Shown here piece by piece: positions 1 to 9,232 of a stretch of 32,000 nt of DNA. This DNA is from Acaryochloris marina MBIC11017 (GTDB lineage Bacteria; Cyanobacteriota; Cyanobacteriia; Thermosynechococcales; Thermosynechococcaceae): the NCBI RefSeq assembly GCF_000018105.1, contig NC_009925.1:2550001-2582000 (forward strand), written 5' to 3'. How positions within the stretch are numbered: the stretch's first letter is position 1; the number at the start of each line of letters is the position of its first letter. Both the position numbers and the translations under genes were made by a program. The notes under the pieces are model-generated. The model was not told the DNA's origin and searched no databases. It saw nothing but the letters and a program-made list of their open reading frames with translations.

Positions 1-788
1 TTCGGCAATGGTATAAACGCTCCCACCGAGAAGAAAATATCTTGCGCGGCCGCGAGATGCTGGAAAAAGCCCTGGGCAAAAAAGGCTTTGATGCCTTATT
101 GAAATCAGAGCCCATGCAGATTGTTGCCAATCGATGCAATTACCAAACCCCTGACGATCTCCTAGCTGCCCTCGGCTACGGTGAAGTGACCCTCAATTCC
201 GTCGCCAACCGGCTGCGAGAAACCATTCGGAGTCAGCAAGCCGAGGCCGAGCCTGCGACCTCAGACCTAACCGACGTTAATTTACCCACCCAAGCCAGCC
301 CCAGGCCCCTCCCCAGCTCCGGGGACTCTCCCATTACCGGGGTTGAAGGGTTGGTCTACCATATGGCGGGTTGCTGTCATCCCGTGCCGGGTGAACCGAT
401 TATTGGAGCGGTCACCCTCAGTAACCGAGGGATTTCCATTCACCGCCAAGGCTGTAAGAATATCGGCAATATCCCAGGCGATCGGCTGATTCCCGTCAGT
501 TGGAACCCGACCCACCCTTCCCAACAAAGTCGCCGCTATACCTACCCCATTGAAGTTCAAATTGAAGTCATCGATCGGGTCGGCATTCTCAAAGATATTT
601 TGACCCGTTTAACCGACAGTAAAGTCAACGTCCATAATGCCCAAGTTAAAACCTTCCCAGGTCAGACTGCGGTGATCAATCTGGGACTAGACATCGAACA
701 TTGCAATCAATTAGACCAAATTTGCGCACAAATCCGAAAAATGAGTGATGTTCTCAAACTAAGGCGTCTCAGCCAGGTTGAAGACTGA
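1..788 (+). CDS. spoT: RelA/SpoT-family (p)ppGpp synthetase/hydrolase, C-terminal part only (5' end outside window)
   Basis: Frame 3 is open from base 3 (RQWYKRSHREENI precedes the first Met at 42), so the gene enters the window truncated. It has the conserved Cys/His motif HMAGCCHPVPGEPIIG...IHRQGCKN of RSH C-terminal regions and an ACT-like tail (IEVQIEVIDRVGILKDILTRL). Stop at 786-788. Confidence 0.88.
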   Translation, partial: RQWYKRSHREENILRGREMLEKALGKKGFDALLKSEPMQIVANRCNYQTPDDLLAALGYGEVTLNSVANRLRETIRSQQAEAEPATSDLTDVNLPTQASPRPLPSSGDSPITGVEGLVYHMAGCCHPVPGEPIIGAVTLSNRGISIHRQGCKNIGNIPGDRLIPVSWNPTHPSQQSRRYTYPIEVQIEVIDRVGILKDILTRLTDSKVNVHNAQVKTFPGQTAVINLGLDIEHCNQLDQICAQIRKMSDVLKLRRLSQVED

Positions 789-1066
789 AATACAGCCATG
801 GACGCTTCCATAATCAATGAGGTGGCGAAATCAGCAGTGCCATGGGTTATGATGGAGCGAAAATCGTTAATTTTTACTAAACCTTTGCTGAGTCACCTCT
901 CAAAGATTTTAGTAAGCATTAGTACTTAGCAAGACTATGCTAACCTACTGGAAACGTGGGTATAGCCCGTTGGAAATCGCTAAGGAATGTGGACCTGCAC
1001 TCAGGTTCTATGGTCGGGGGGTTTATAAAAATGCAATTTATCACTCCTAATTTCGAGAAAATCTAA

Positions 1067-1729
1067 ATGATTGGACAACCAGAATTCGTTGAAAACCCTG
1101 AGAATCGTTGCCCCGTTATTTTATTGGTGGATACTTCTAGCTCCATGAGCGGTGCGCCCATGGATGCGTTGAATAGTGGCCTAGATGCCTTCAAAGAAGC
1201 GGTCATTCAGGATGAACAAGCCGCCTTACGGGTGGACGTGGCAATTGTCAGTTTTGGACCAGTAGAACTCGTCCAAGATTTTGTCACCATTGATCAATTT
1301 GTGCCACTGCAGCTAGAGGCTCATGGCCTGACGCCCATGGGTGAAGCCCTCAGTTATGCCTTGGATTTGCTAGAAACTCGCAAAGCCACCTATCGCAACA
1401 ATGGCATTCAATATTATCGGCCTTGGGTTTTCTTGATTACGGATGGTGCCCCCAATCCTGATTCTCCTTGGCAGCAAGCTGCTGAACGTCTGAAGAATGC
1501 TGAAGCTCAGCGGAAGTTGTCCTTTTTCGCCGTGGGTGTCCAGGGTGCAGATATGGCCATCTTGAACCAAATCACCCCTCCCGAGCGTCCCCCCCTCATG
1601 CTGAATGGGCTAGATTTCCGGTCCATGTTCCTCTGGTTGAGTGACTCGATGGTGCGCGTGTCTAGCAGCACCGTCGGCGGAGATATGGTTGCTTTACCCC
1701 CCGTCGGTTGGGGACAAATCGCCACTTAG
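1067..1729 (+). CDS. von Willebrand factor A (vWA) domain protein, TerY/YegL-like
   Basis: 220 aa. MIDAS motif DTSSS in VILLVDTSSSMSGAPMDAL (nt 1130-1144), later LITDGAPN. The N-terminal layout resembles TerY (..LLVDTSGSMSG..). It is the first gene of a co-directional triad. Confidence 0.85.
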   Translation: MIGQPEFVENPENRCPVILLVDTSSSMSGAPMDALNSGLDAFKEAVIQDEQAALRVDVAIVSFGPVELVQDFVTIDQFVPLQLEAHGLTPMGEALSYALDLLETRKATYRNNGIQYYRPWVFLITDGAPNPDSPWQQAAERLKNAEAQRKLSFFAVGVQGADMAILNQITPPERPPLMLNGLDFRSMFLWLSDSMVRVSSSTVGGDMVALPPVGWGQIAT

Positions 1730-1836
1730 ACATTAGAGACGGAGACTTGTGAGGGGGCTGCAAACATTGATGTTTGTTGCCTCTCCAGCTTCCGCATCCT
1801 ACCTATCGTTATTTTTCGCCCCCAAAAGGAGAGGTT

Positions 1837-2646
1837 GTGGCCTGGAGAGCAATCGTTCATTCTGCAATTGGAACTCGTCATCAACAGAAACAATTGCCTT
1901 GCCAAGATTATGGCAATTATCTGGTGCAAGCAGATACCATCATTGGTGCCGTTTCTGATGGTGCCGGCAGTGCCAAATTCTCAGATGTTGGGTCTAAGCT
2001 CGCCGTTAAAACAGCGTTGGCCATCCTGGAGAGCAGACAAGAAGACTGGTCAGCGGTTGACTTAGACACCATTCATGCTGAGGCTCCAAGTCTCTTCACT
2101 GAGATGGTTGAAGCGGTGGTTACGGCCTTGCGATCGCAAGCCGAGAGTGGTGAGTATCCTTTGCGAGAGCTAGGATGTACATTATTAGGCTTTATTTCCA
2201 CTCCCCATTGGCTGGCCTGTATGCAGATTGGCGATGGCTTTATTGTCACCCAAGCCCAGCAAACAGCCCCCGAGTCCTCTGAAACTGAACCCGTACCGTC
2301 CTTTGACCTGCTCTTCGAGCCAGTTAAAGGCGAATACATTAACGAAACAGTGTTTGTCACTAGCGATAATGCGGTAGAGCATATGCAAATTGCTGTGCGT
2401 GCGGATCATCATCCCTTTGTCTGTGCGGCTACGGATGGCCTCGAGAAAGTCGCCATTCGATTTCAGGATTGGCAAGCATTTCCACCTTTCTTCAAGCCTT
2501 TCTTAGACTGTTTACGCTCGATTTCCGATCCTGAGGAACGCCAAACCTATTTAGAGATGTTTTTAGAATCAGATCGGTTAAATGCCAAGACGGACGACGA
2601 CAAAACTTTACTGCTTTGTCTATTTAGGCCAGAGGCTGACGAATGA
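1837..2646 (+). CDS. PP2C-family Ser/Thr protein phosphatase (YegK/PphC-like)
   Basis: The ORF is open from 1774. A GTG at 1837 lies 5 nt after an AAAGGAGAG Shine-Dalgarno-like string and gives the start VAWRAIVHSAIGTRH..CQD typical of this family. PP2C-like Asp/Gly motifs: GAVSDGAGSA, MQIGDGF, AATDGL, DDKTLL. The stop overlaps the kinase start (ATGA at 2643-2646). Confidence 0.8.
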   Translation: MAWRAIVHSAIGTRHQQKQLPCQDYGNYLVQADTIIGAVSDGAGSAKFSDVGSKLAVKTALAILESRQEDWSAVDLDTIHAEAPSLFTEMVEAVVTALRSQAESGEYPLRELGCTLLGFISTPHWLACMQIGDGFIVTQAQQTAPESSETEPVPSFDLLFEPVKGEYINETVFVTSDNAVEHMQIAVRADHHPFVCAATDGLEKVAIRFQDWQAFPPFFKPFLDCLRSISDPEERQTYLEMFLESDRLNAKTDDDKTLLLCLFRPEADE

Positions 2647-5039
2647 CCGTTCTCAAATGCCAAGTTTCGGGTCGCACACTATCCCTGACGAAGCAGATCG
2701 CCAGTAGTGGGGAGGGTACGGTTTGGAAAACTAGCTATCGGGGTTTTCTCGCCAAGCTCTATCACGAACGCACACCGGAGCGGTTTCAAAAATTACGGGT
2801 GATGATTGCCCATCCGCCTCAAGATCCGACCCTAGGGCAAAATCATATTTCCCTGGCTTGGCCGAAAGATTTGCTGGAAAACCAGCAGGGCCAGCCCATG
2901 GGGTTCATCATGCCGGAAGTGGGGGAAAGCGTTAAGTTATCCACCATCTACAACCCCCGGCTTCGCAGTCGCAAAGCACCTCGATTTAACTGGTATTATC
3001 TCCATACCGCAGCCCTTAATATTGCATCCAGCATGAATGCGGTGCATAAAGAAGGGTATGTGGTTGGGGATGTCAAACCCCAAAATATCTTGGTCAATAA
3101 CCAAGCCCTGATTTCGATTATTGATACGGATTCGTTTCAGGTCCAAGACCCACACACTCGGGAAGTGTTTCGGTGTTTGGTGGGTTCAGAAGGGTTTACC
3201 CCCTCCGAATTATTAGGCAAGGATTTAGCCTCCGTTGACCAGACCGAACTCCATGATCGGTTTCGATTAGGGGTAATTGTTTTTCTCCTCCTCTTCGGCG
3301 ATCAGCCCTTCAAAGGGAAGTGGATTGGTCGAGGAGAGTCCCCCCAGCCCACCACTCTGATTGAAAAAGGATTCTGGCCCTACGCCCCCCAAAGCCTGAT
3401 TCGTCCCGGTCCCAACACCATACCCCTGTCAATTTTGCACCCCCAGCTGCAGTCCTGCTTTCATCAGTGCTTTACCCAGGGCCATGGCCAATCCCATTTG
3501 CGCCCCTCTGCCAATCAATGGATGACCGCCCTGCAGAAAGCCATTGAGAACCTCAAGACTTGTAATTTGGAGTCCAACCACCATTACAGCCAAAGCTATG
3601 GCCATTGTTACTGGTGCGATCGCAACTCTCGCCTAGGGGTTGATATCTTCAGTCCTAATCCGGTGATTCCCAAGCCTGCCCCCAAACGTCGCCAGCAAAA
3701 AAAGAGGAAGAGTCCTTGGGCCACCCAGCCTCCCAGCCAAGCCAACCCGGCGTTAGCAGCAGCCTATGCCCAACGGATGCAGCAGCTCCAGAATATGCAA
3801 ATTCCGAATTCTGGCATCACCCGCTCGATTCTGCAGATGCCCTTAGTCCAGCGGACGAGTTGGCCACCCTCCATTTCCAATTCAGTCCTAGGGCTGATTT
3901 TATGTGGCTTTAGTTTTTTGGGATTGGGGTTACTCTTGGCCCCAGAACTGAATCCTCAAACCTTTAGCTATTGGTCTAAATCCCTGGAACGCGCCGTCGA
4001 TCAGTGGCTCGTCTCCAAGCTCGGCACCACCTTGTCAGGGCCACCTATCGCTCAGCTCCCCCCTCCCGGCCAAGCAACCACAGGTCAAAGCATTGCTGCC
4101 CCGGTAAACGGTCAAAAAGGCCATTGGGACACGATCACGACCTTATCGATTAGTCCAGATAGTGGCACCCTGGTCAGCGGTAGTCGAGACTTTACCCTCA
4201 AAATCTGGGATTTAAAGACGGGGCAATTGCTCAATACCTTATCGGAACATTATGAGCCCGTGGTCTCTAGCCATATTATTGACGATGGCCAGTCCCTGAT
4301 TAGCAGCAGCATTAGCGGTAAAGTCTTGCAGTGGGACTTGACCACGGCCACCCTAAGTCGCAGCTTTGTCAATTACACTGCCATGCGCCCTGAAGGTGGG
4401 ATTCGGGCCACCGTCATTGATCCCAAAAAACGCATTATGGCTAGTAGTGCCTGGGGCGGCTCCATTCTCCTCTATAACTTAGCGACAGATAAAGTCACCC
4501 GCATCCCCTCGCAATTAATGGCCTCTGAACAAACCATGGTGCTGAGTCCAGATGCGAAAAGTTTGGTGACCAGCAACAGTGACGGCCAAATTCAACAGTG
4601 GAATGTTCAGACGGGTAAATTAGTCAGACGCTTGCCCAATACCCAGGGGTGGCAGTCTTCTGAACTCACCAGTGCCATCGCCTTAAGTCCCCAAGGGAAT
4701 ACCCTAATTACGGGAAGTTGGGGCGGGAATCTTGGGTTATGGAATTTTCAAACCGGTAAGCTGATTAAAAACTTTAAGGCCCATGAGAAACGGGTGGCTT
4801 CGTTGGCCGTGAGTACCGACAACAAATTTCTAATCAGCGGTGGAGAGGACCAGACCATCAAGATTTGGAGCCTCAAAACCGGCCAGCTGATCCAAACCCT
4901 GACGGCTCACCAAGGCAGCATTTCGACCTTAGCCATTAGTCCCGATAACCGCTGGTTGGTGAGTGGGAGCAGCGATCGCAGTATCAAAGTCTGGAATTTA
5001 AAGACCGGAAAGCTTCTGCGCACCCTACTCAACTCTTAG
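2643..5039 (+). CDS. Ser/Thr protein kinase (YegI/TerY-P type) fused to Zn-ribbon, TM helix and seven WD40 repeats
   Basis: 798 aa.
- Kinase: Gly-loop SSGEGTVWKT, AKLY lysine, catalytic loop GDVKPQNILV (Asp at 3069-3071), IIDTDSF in place of DFG, GSEGFTPSE.
- Zn-ribbon: CNLESNHH..YGHCYWCD.
- K/R-rich linker: KRRQQKKRK.
- Hydrophobic helix: SVLGLILCGFSFLGLGLLLAP (3882-3944).
- Seven blades ending KIWDL, LQWDL, LLYNL, QQWNV, GLWNF, KIWSL, KVWNL. Confidence 0.87.
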   Translation: MTVLKCQVSGRTLSLTKQIASSGEGTVWKTSYRGFLAKLYHERTPERFQKLRVMIAHPPQDPTLGQNHISLAWPKDLLENQQGQPMGFIMPEVGESVKLSTIYNPRLRSRKAPRFNWYYLHTAALNIASSMNAVHKEGYVVGDVKPQNILVNNQALISIIDTDSFQVQDPHTREVFRCLVGSEGFTPSELLGKDLASVDQTELHDRFRLGVIVFLLLFGDQPFKGKWIGRGESPQPTTLIEKGFWPYAPQSLIRPGPNTIPLSILHPQLQSCFHQCFTQGHGQSHLRPSANQWMTALQKAIENLKTCNLESNHHYSQSYGHCYWCDRNSRLGVDIFSPNPVIPKPAPKRRQQKKRKSPWATQPPSQANPALAAAYAQRMQQLQNMQIPNSGITRSILQMPLVQRTSWPPSISNSVLGLILCGFSFLGLGLLLAPELNPQTFSYWSKSLERAVDQWLVSKLGTTLSGPPIAQLPPPGQATTGQSIAAPVNGQKGHWDTITTLSISPDSGTLVSGSRDFTLKIWDLKTGQLLNTLSEHYEPVVSSHIIDDGQSLISSSISGKVLQWDLTTATLSRSFVNYTAMRPEGGIRATVIDPKKRIMASSAWGGSILLYNLATDKVTRIPSQLMASEQTMVLSPDAKSLVTSNSDGQIQQWNVQTGKLVRRLPNTQGWQSSELTSAIALSPQGNTLITGSWGGNLGLWNFQTGKLIKNFKAHEKRVASLAVSTDNKFLISGGEDQTIKIWSLKTGQLIQTLTAHQGSISTLAISPDNRWLVSGSSDRSIKVWNLKTGKLLRTLLNS

Positions 5040-5058
5040 CCCGGAGGGTGTCTGCCGA

Positions 5059-6168
5059 CTATCTGCCCTGAAGATAATTGACGATGCCTTGGGCAATGGC
5101 TTCGGCCAACCGTTTGCGATGGGCTGCTGTTCTTAATTTTGCCGCATCAGTGCTGCCCGTTACAAACCCAAGTTCCACGAGAGCGGCGGGCATGGAGGAT
5201 TTTCTTAAGACATAGAAGCGGGCTTGGCGAATGCCGCGATCGCCGACGGATACAGTCCGACGAATGCTGGTATGAATGGCGCGGGCCAAACGGTATCCCG
5301 TCACATAATAGTAGGTTTCTAAACCGTTGACTTCAGGACGGCTCAGGCTAATGGCATTGGCATGAATACTGACAAACACGTCGGCGCGAGCCCCTTCAGC
5401 TTTGGCCACTCGTGGCGGTAAGTCAACTTCGCGATCGCCCGTCCGTGTCAACACCGCATTAATCCCCCGCTTTCGCAGCAGGTTATGCACTTGCGTCGAC
5501 ACATCCAAGACGACTCGTTTCTCCTGGAGACCACCAATGCCCACGGCACCTGGATCCGCCCCCCCATGGCCCGGATCAATGACGACGACTTTTGCCCCGG
5601 ATTTGACGGGTTTAGAAACGATGGGTCCCGGTGAAGAAATAGAAGGCTTGGGGATTTTGGGGGGCGGAACTCGCACGGCAATGGTTCGCCGAGACGACTT
5701 TTTAGCATCCTTGAGGGGGAAAAATTTAGGCAGTTGCACATACCAGCGATTCGGGGCAATCCCCCGCACCAGAACTCGCCGGGGGCTCAAGGTGTATTTT
5801 TTACTCAGCTCAACTACCACCCGCGTGGTCTTACGATTATGCTGAGCGACCCGCACTTCTCGAACATATTTGCTAATTTTGCGGCGGGCTTTGAGTTTAC
5901 GGAAGGTGGTGTTGGGAAGGTCAATCACCAACCGGGTCGGGTTCATGACGACTTTTGCCCGCGGCTTCGTCGCTGAGTTCGTAATCAGGTCAATGCGACT
6001 TTGCTTAGAATTAAACTTCCAGTAGGTCAGTTGACCCGCTGATGCACTGTCTGCCCAGCAGAATAGACTCAAAGCGAGGGGCAATACCCAACCGGCTTTC
6101 CTTATCTTGCAATTCCACAGTCGTCTCTGAGCAGGCAAATCTTTAGTCTCGATTAGGTGGGGGGTCAA
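5059..6168 (-). CDS. amiC: N-acetylmuramoyl-L-alanine amidase (Amidase_3) with N-terminal AMIN domain, AmiC-like
   Basis: 369 aa. Signal-like N-terminus (WVLPLALSLFCWADSASA). AMIN-like segment LTYWKFNS..RIDL...TRLVIDLPNT. Catalytic domain VVIDPGHGGADPGAVG ... FVSIHANA ... ETYY ... LVELGF. Confidence 0.9.
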   Translation of the reverse strand: MTPHLIETKDLPAQRRLWNCKIRKAGWVLPLALSLFCWADSASAGQLTYWKFNSKQSRIDLITNSATKPRAKVVMNPTRLVIDLPNTTFRKLKARRKISKYVREVRVAQHNRKTTRVVVELSKKYTLSPRRVLVRGIAPNRWYVQLPKFFPLKDAKKSSRRTIAVRVPPPKIPKPSISSPGPIVSKPVKSGAKVVVIDPGHGGADPGAVGIGGLQEKRVVLDVSTQVHNLLRKRGINAVLTRTGDREVDLPPRVAKAEGARADVFVSIHANAISLSRPEVNGLETYYYVTGYRLARAIHTSIRRTVSVGDRGIRQARFYVLRKSSMPAALVELGFVTGSTDAAKLRTAAHRKRLAEAIAQGIVNYLQGR

Positions 6169-6392
6169 TCCCTCTTGACTGGTCGGAGTGCGATCAAGTT
6201 TCCTGGGCAGATGTTTTGCCCAGAGAAAGATGATGCGTATCGCCCGCCATCATCATGGATCATTGCTGCAGACGCAAGTCTTATGAATCAATAGTGATAA
6301 AGATATGGGCTGAAATCCTTTGCTAGAAAGTAATAACACCTAATTTATTGTTTTCCTGACTGCTTTGCGTTTCTTAAATGTTTCGCCGGATG

Positions 6393-7970
6393 CTAAGTGT
6401 CTTCTACCCCTTGGGAGAGACGAATCGGTGCCAGGGGATAGTGATACCACTGGCGTTGAAAGCGTTCTGCAATCAGAGGACGCAGGATAAATTTAGGGGG
6501 CGTTCCGGCCTGGACATCAATCCGGAGCCCGGAATAGGGGCGATGTTTTTGAGACCCCTGTCCATGGCGGCTAATAAAGAGTTGCGATCGCGCCACGCAT
6601 CGCTCGGATCCGCTATCCACCAACTCCCACAAGTCAGGGCCTTCGGGGCGTTGTCGCCGCAGACTAAATCCACTGCCGCCACACACCACACAATTGATAT
6701 GGGAATCGGCATGGCCCGTATCGCCGGTTTTCAAAACCTCTAGACAGTGGGCATGGCCATTGAGGATCAAATCCACCAGGGGACGACCAGCCGTTTGCTC
6801 TCCCACGGCCTGCTGGACCTGATCTAAAACCTGGCGCAAATGACGGCGGATGGCCAGAGTTTGGCCCTGATACCATTTACTGGCCTCGGTGACATAGGGA
6901 GGGTGATGGAAAAATAAGACGCGTCCTCTCACCTCGGGGGTGGACCAGGACTCAATTAACCGCTGTTTTAGCCACACCAACTGTTCGATATCTAAGCGAA
7001 GGTCAGGGTCATCCGCCAATTGCTTATCAATATCTAAAATTTGCTCGTCTAATTGCTCAACTTTAGTATAGGTATCGCTGTCATCATCCTCTGAGCGAGA
7101 CTCATACTGGCGCAACGCTGCTGCCAATGCCCGACTTCTGGCATTGATCAGGGCTTGGCGATCGGCTTTGAGTTGTCGTCGTCGCAATCGGCCCGTTTTA
7201 TCTTTAGGAATGGGCAGTGGGGTATTTAAGGTATTCGAGTCCAGGGCAAAGAAATCAATCCCGCCCTGACGAAACTGATAGTAACGGTTGGGTAACCGCG
7301 TAAACACCCCAGGTTGATAGCGCAAGCAACGCTGGCCACGAAAATCAGCAGTGTAATGGGCCTCAATATGCTGGCGAAGCTCAGCCGTTGTCAACCGCTG
7401 GAGATAATCTAAAAACGCTTGGGCATAGGCATCCCCTTTATTGGACCCATGCCAGCCCAGATCGAGATCGAGCTGGCGCTGAAACAGATTACGGATCGGT
7501 AAAGTGGCCTGCGCAATCAGCCCCACACACCAGGGTAAATCATAGTAATCATGGTTGCCCGGTACGGCAAACAGAGGCACCTTAAAGACCATTTGATCGT
7601 AGGCAATCTGTTGAGGCCGCTCACCATTGACCAGCCACTCTCGATACGGGCGAATAAAATTATCAAAATATTGCTCCTTCGACCCCACCAGGTACACCAC
7701 ATCCCCCGTATGGAGCACAAAGTTGCTGCCCTGCCCATGGGCTAACAATTGCTCCATCACGCGTCGCTGAGGACTATCGCCACGATATTGTCCGGTGCCA
7801 CTATCCCCAATCACCAAAAAGGAAAAATCGGGACTATCCGACCGGTCATCATCCACCACTAATCGGGTTTGATCAATCCCTCTAGCCTGTAGAACAGGAT
7901 GCTGCCAACATACCCGCTCCTGCATTTTGGCAATTTTGACGGCGACGGCAGGATCCGCAATCAACTTCAT
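6393..7970 (-). CDS. calcineurin-like metallophosphoesterase with a long charged/coiled-coil insertion
   Basis: Motifs FLVIGDSGTG, HTGDVVY, GNHDYY, FFHHPPY, NGHAHC. The track ORF runs to 8090 but would overlap the rhomboid gene by 113 nt. The ATG at 7970 (MKLIADP..) sits 7 nt after the rhomboid stop and removes the overlap. Confidence 0.85.
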   Translation of the reverse strand: MKLIADPAVAVKIAKMQERVCWQHPVLQARGIDQTRLVVDDDRSDSPDFSFLVIGDSGTGQYRGDSPQRRVMEQLLAHGQGSNFVLHTGDVVYLVGSKEQYFDNFIRPYREWLVNGERPQQIAYDQMVFKVPLFAVPGNHDYYDLPWCVGLIAQATLPIRNLFQRQLDLDLGWHGSNKGDAYAQAFLDYLQRLTTAELRQHIEAHYTADFRGQRCLRYQPGVFTRLPNRYYQFRQGGIDFFALDSNTLNTPLPIPKDKTGRLRRRQLKADRQALINARSRALAAALRQYESRSEDDDSDTYTKVEQLDEQILDIDKQLADDPDLRLDIEQLVWLKQRLIESWSTPEVRGRVLFFHHPPYVTEASKWYQGQTLAIRRHLRQVLDQVQQAVGEQTAGRPLVDLILNGHAHCLEVLKTGDTGHADSHINCVVCGGSGFSLRRQRPEGPDLWELVDSGSERCVARSQLFISRHGQGSQKHRPYSGLRIDVQAGTPPKFILRPLIAERFQRQWYHYPLAPIRLSQGVEDT

Positions 7971-7977
7971 GGAGGGC

Positions 7978-8697
7978 CTAATCTTCAGCAGAAAGCACAG
8001 CGCTATCTGCTTTGCTAAATAACCCCAGAAGCGGCCCCAGAATTGCGCCAAATACAAATCCACCGGCATGGGCCCAATAGGCAATTCCACCCGCTTCCAT
8101 ACCGACAGTGACGGGAGCGTCTAAACTGGCAACACCGTAAAAAGCTTGCTGCAAAAACCAAAATCCCAGGTAGAGAATCGCGGGAATTCTAAAGGTAGTC
8201 AGATAGATGCCCAAGGGGACTAGGGTTAGAATTCTGACTTGGGGGAAGCGAAAGATATAGGCCCCCATCACCCCTGCGATCGCACCGCTGGCTCCTAAGG
8301 ATGGCACCACCGACAGGGGGTTGAAAAACCATTGGGTTAGAACTGCCAAAGCCCCGCAGGCTAAATAAAAGAGCAGAAACCGTATACGTCCCAGCTGCTC
8401 TTCCACGTTATTGCCAAAAATCCATAGGTAGAGCATATTGCCCGCCACATGCAAAAAACCGCCATGGAGAAATTGGGAGGTAATCAAGGTGCCCCACTCT
8501 CCGGCATCCACCGCAGAAAAGCCGCCAAAACTCGCAGTCAGTTCGATGGGAACCACCGCCCAATGCTGCATAAAGAGGCTGAGCTGTCCCGGAGACAAGC
8601 TCAACTCATAGCCAAAGATCAATACATTGAGAACAATCAGGCCATAGGTCACATAGGGCGTGATTTGAGTTGGATTTTCATCGCGAAGAGGAACCAC
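7978..8697 (-). CDS. rhomboid-family intramembrane serine protease
   Basis: 239 aa, polytopic. Motifs FLHGGFLHVAGNMLYLWIFG, catalytic GASGAIAGVMGAY and HAGGFVFG. Confidence 0.9.
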   Translation of the reverse strand: MVPLRDENPTQITPYVTYGLIVLNVLIFGYELSLSPGQLSLFMQHWAVVPIELTASFGGFSAVDAGEWGTLITSQFLHGGFLHVAGNMLYLWIFGNNVEEQLGRIRFLLFYLACGALAVLTQWFFNPLSVVPSLGASGAIAGVMGAYIFRFPQVRILTLVPLGIYLTTFRIPAILYLGFWFLQQAFYGVASLDAPVTVGMEAGGIAYWAHAGGFVFGAILGPLLGLFSKADSAVLSAED

Positions 8698-8760
8698 TTG
8701 TACAACCTCGCTGGGGGGACTACTATGCAGCTTAGTTTATTTATCCCGTGAACGGGTGTG

Positions 8761-9162
8761 TTATCCCTGAGTCTTAGCAGGTTCAATGCGCAGCGTTATC
8801 AGAAACCCCATCAGAGCAATAAAGTAGAGTACTACGACAACCGCAAATCCAGCGACTGGGGGCGTACAGTCAGCTCCCTGCTTAAAGCCAAAGCAATCCC
8901 TGGGGCTCGCGAGCAGGACCAACCCCTGGCAAATCAGGCTCCCCCACAGCCAGATCTCGCGATACCTGAGCTGGCCATGGGGATGCTTAATTGCACAGAC
9001 GATCAGGTAGAGGAGACCCACACCATATCCAGGCAGTACCAGCATGAAGAATGCGATCGCAACTGGAATGGTAAAGGCCAGCAGATTATGGATGATAAAG
9101 CTGCCGATTGCATATAGCCCAAACCAAAGGGCAAATGTCTTGATAGAGATGGTTGAAGACAT
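8761..9162 (-). CDS. hypothetical small integral membrane protein (about 4 TM)
   Basis: 133-aa ORF, strongly hydrophobic, no recognised motif. Co-directional with neighbours. Confidence 0.5.
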   Translation of the reverse strand: MSSTISIKTFALWFGLYAIGSFIIHNLLAFTIPVAIAFFMLVLPGYGVGLLYLIVCAIKHPHGQLRYREIWLWGSLICQGLVLLASPRDCFGFKQGADCTPPVAGFAVVVVLYFIALMGFLITLRIEPAKTQG

Positions 9163-9232
9163 CTTTCATATCCCACGGTGGCGATCTGCCCAACTGGATC
9201 AACAGCAGGCATAGCTCAATCATAGAAGCGGC

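Noticed and set aside
798-1050. Two short ORFs upstream of the vWA gene: 798-929 (43 aa) and 937-1050 (37 aa). The second contains an HTH-looking string, YWKRGYSPLEIAKECG.
   Set aside because: Each is too short to support by itself. Neither has a clear ribosome-binding site, and the HTH resemblance rests on about 12 residues. They may be a remnant of a transposase or regulator gene. Worth a blastx, but not reportable as a gene.
4121-5036. Periodic DNA similarity, for example ..atctgggatttaaagacgggg.., ..atttggagcctcaaaaccggcc.., ..gtctggaatttaaagaccgga..
   Set aside because: It is fully explained by the seven WD40 protein repeats (K[IV]W[DSN]LKTG[QK]L). It is not a non-coding repeat or a mobile element.
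5402-5976. Plus-strand ORFs (147 aa and 80 aa) antisense to the amidase gene
   Set aside because: They are Arg/Thr/Pro-rich antisense translations lying wholly within a well-supported amidase CDS.
7971-8090. N-terminal 40 codons of the track ORF 6393..8090, overlapping the 3' end of the rhomboid gene
   Set aside because: This stretch is the alternate-frame read-through of the rhomboid gene's C-terminal coding region. The internal ATG at 7970 gives a clean 7-nt intergenic gap and an N-terminus (MKLIADP) ahead of the first phosphoesterase motif.
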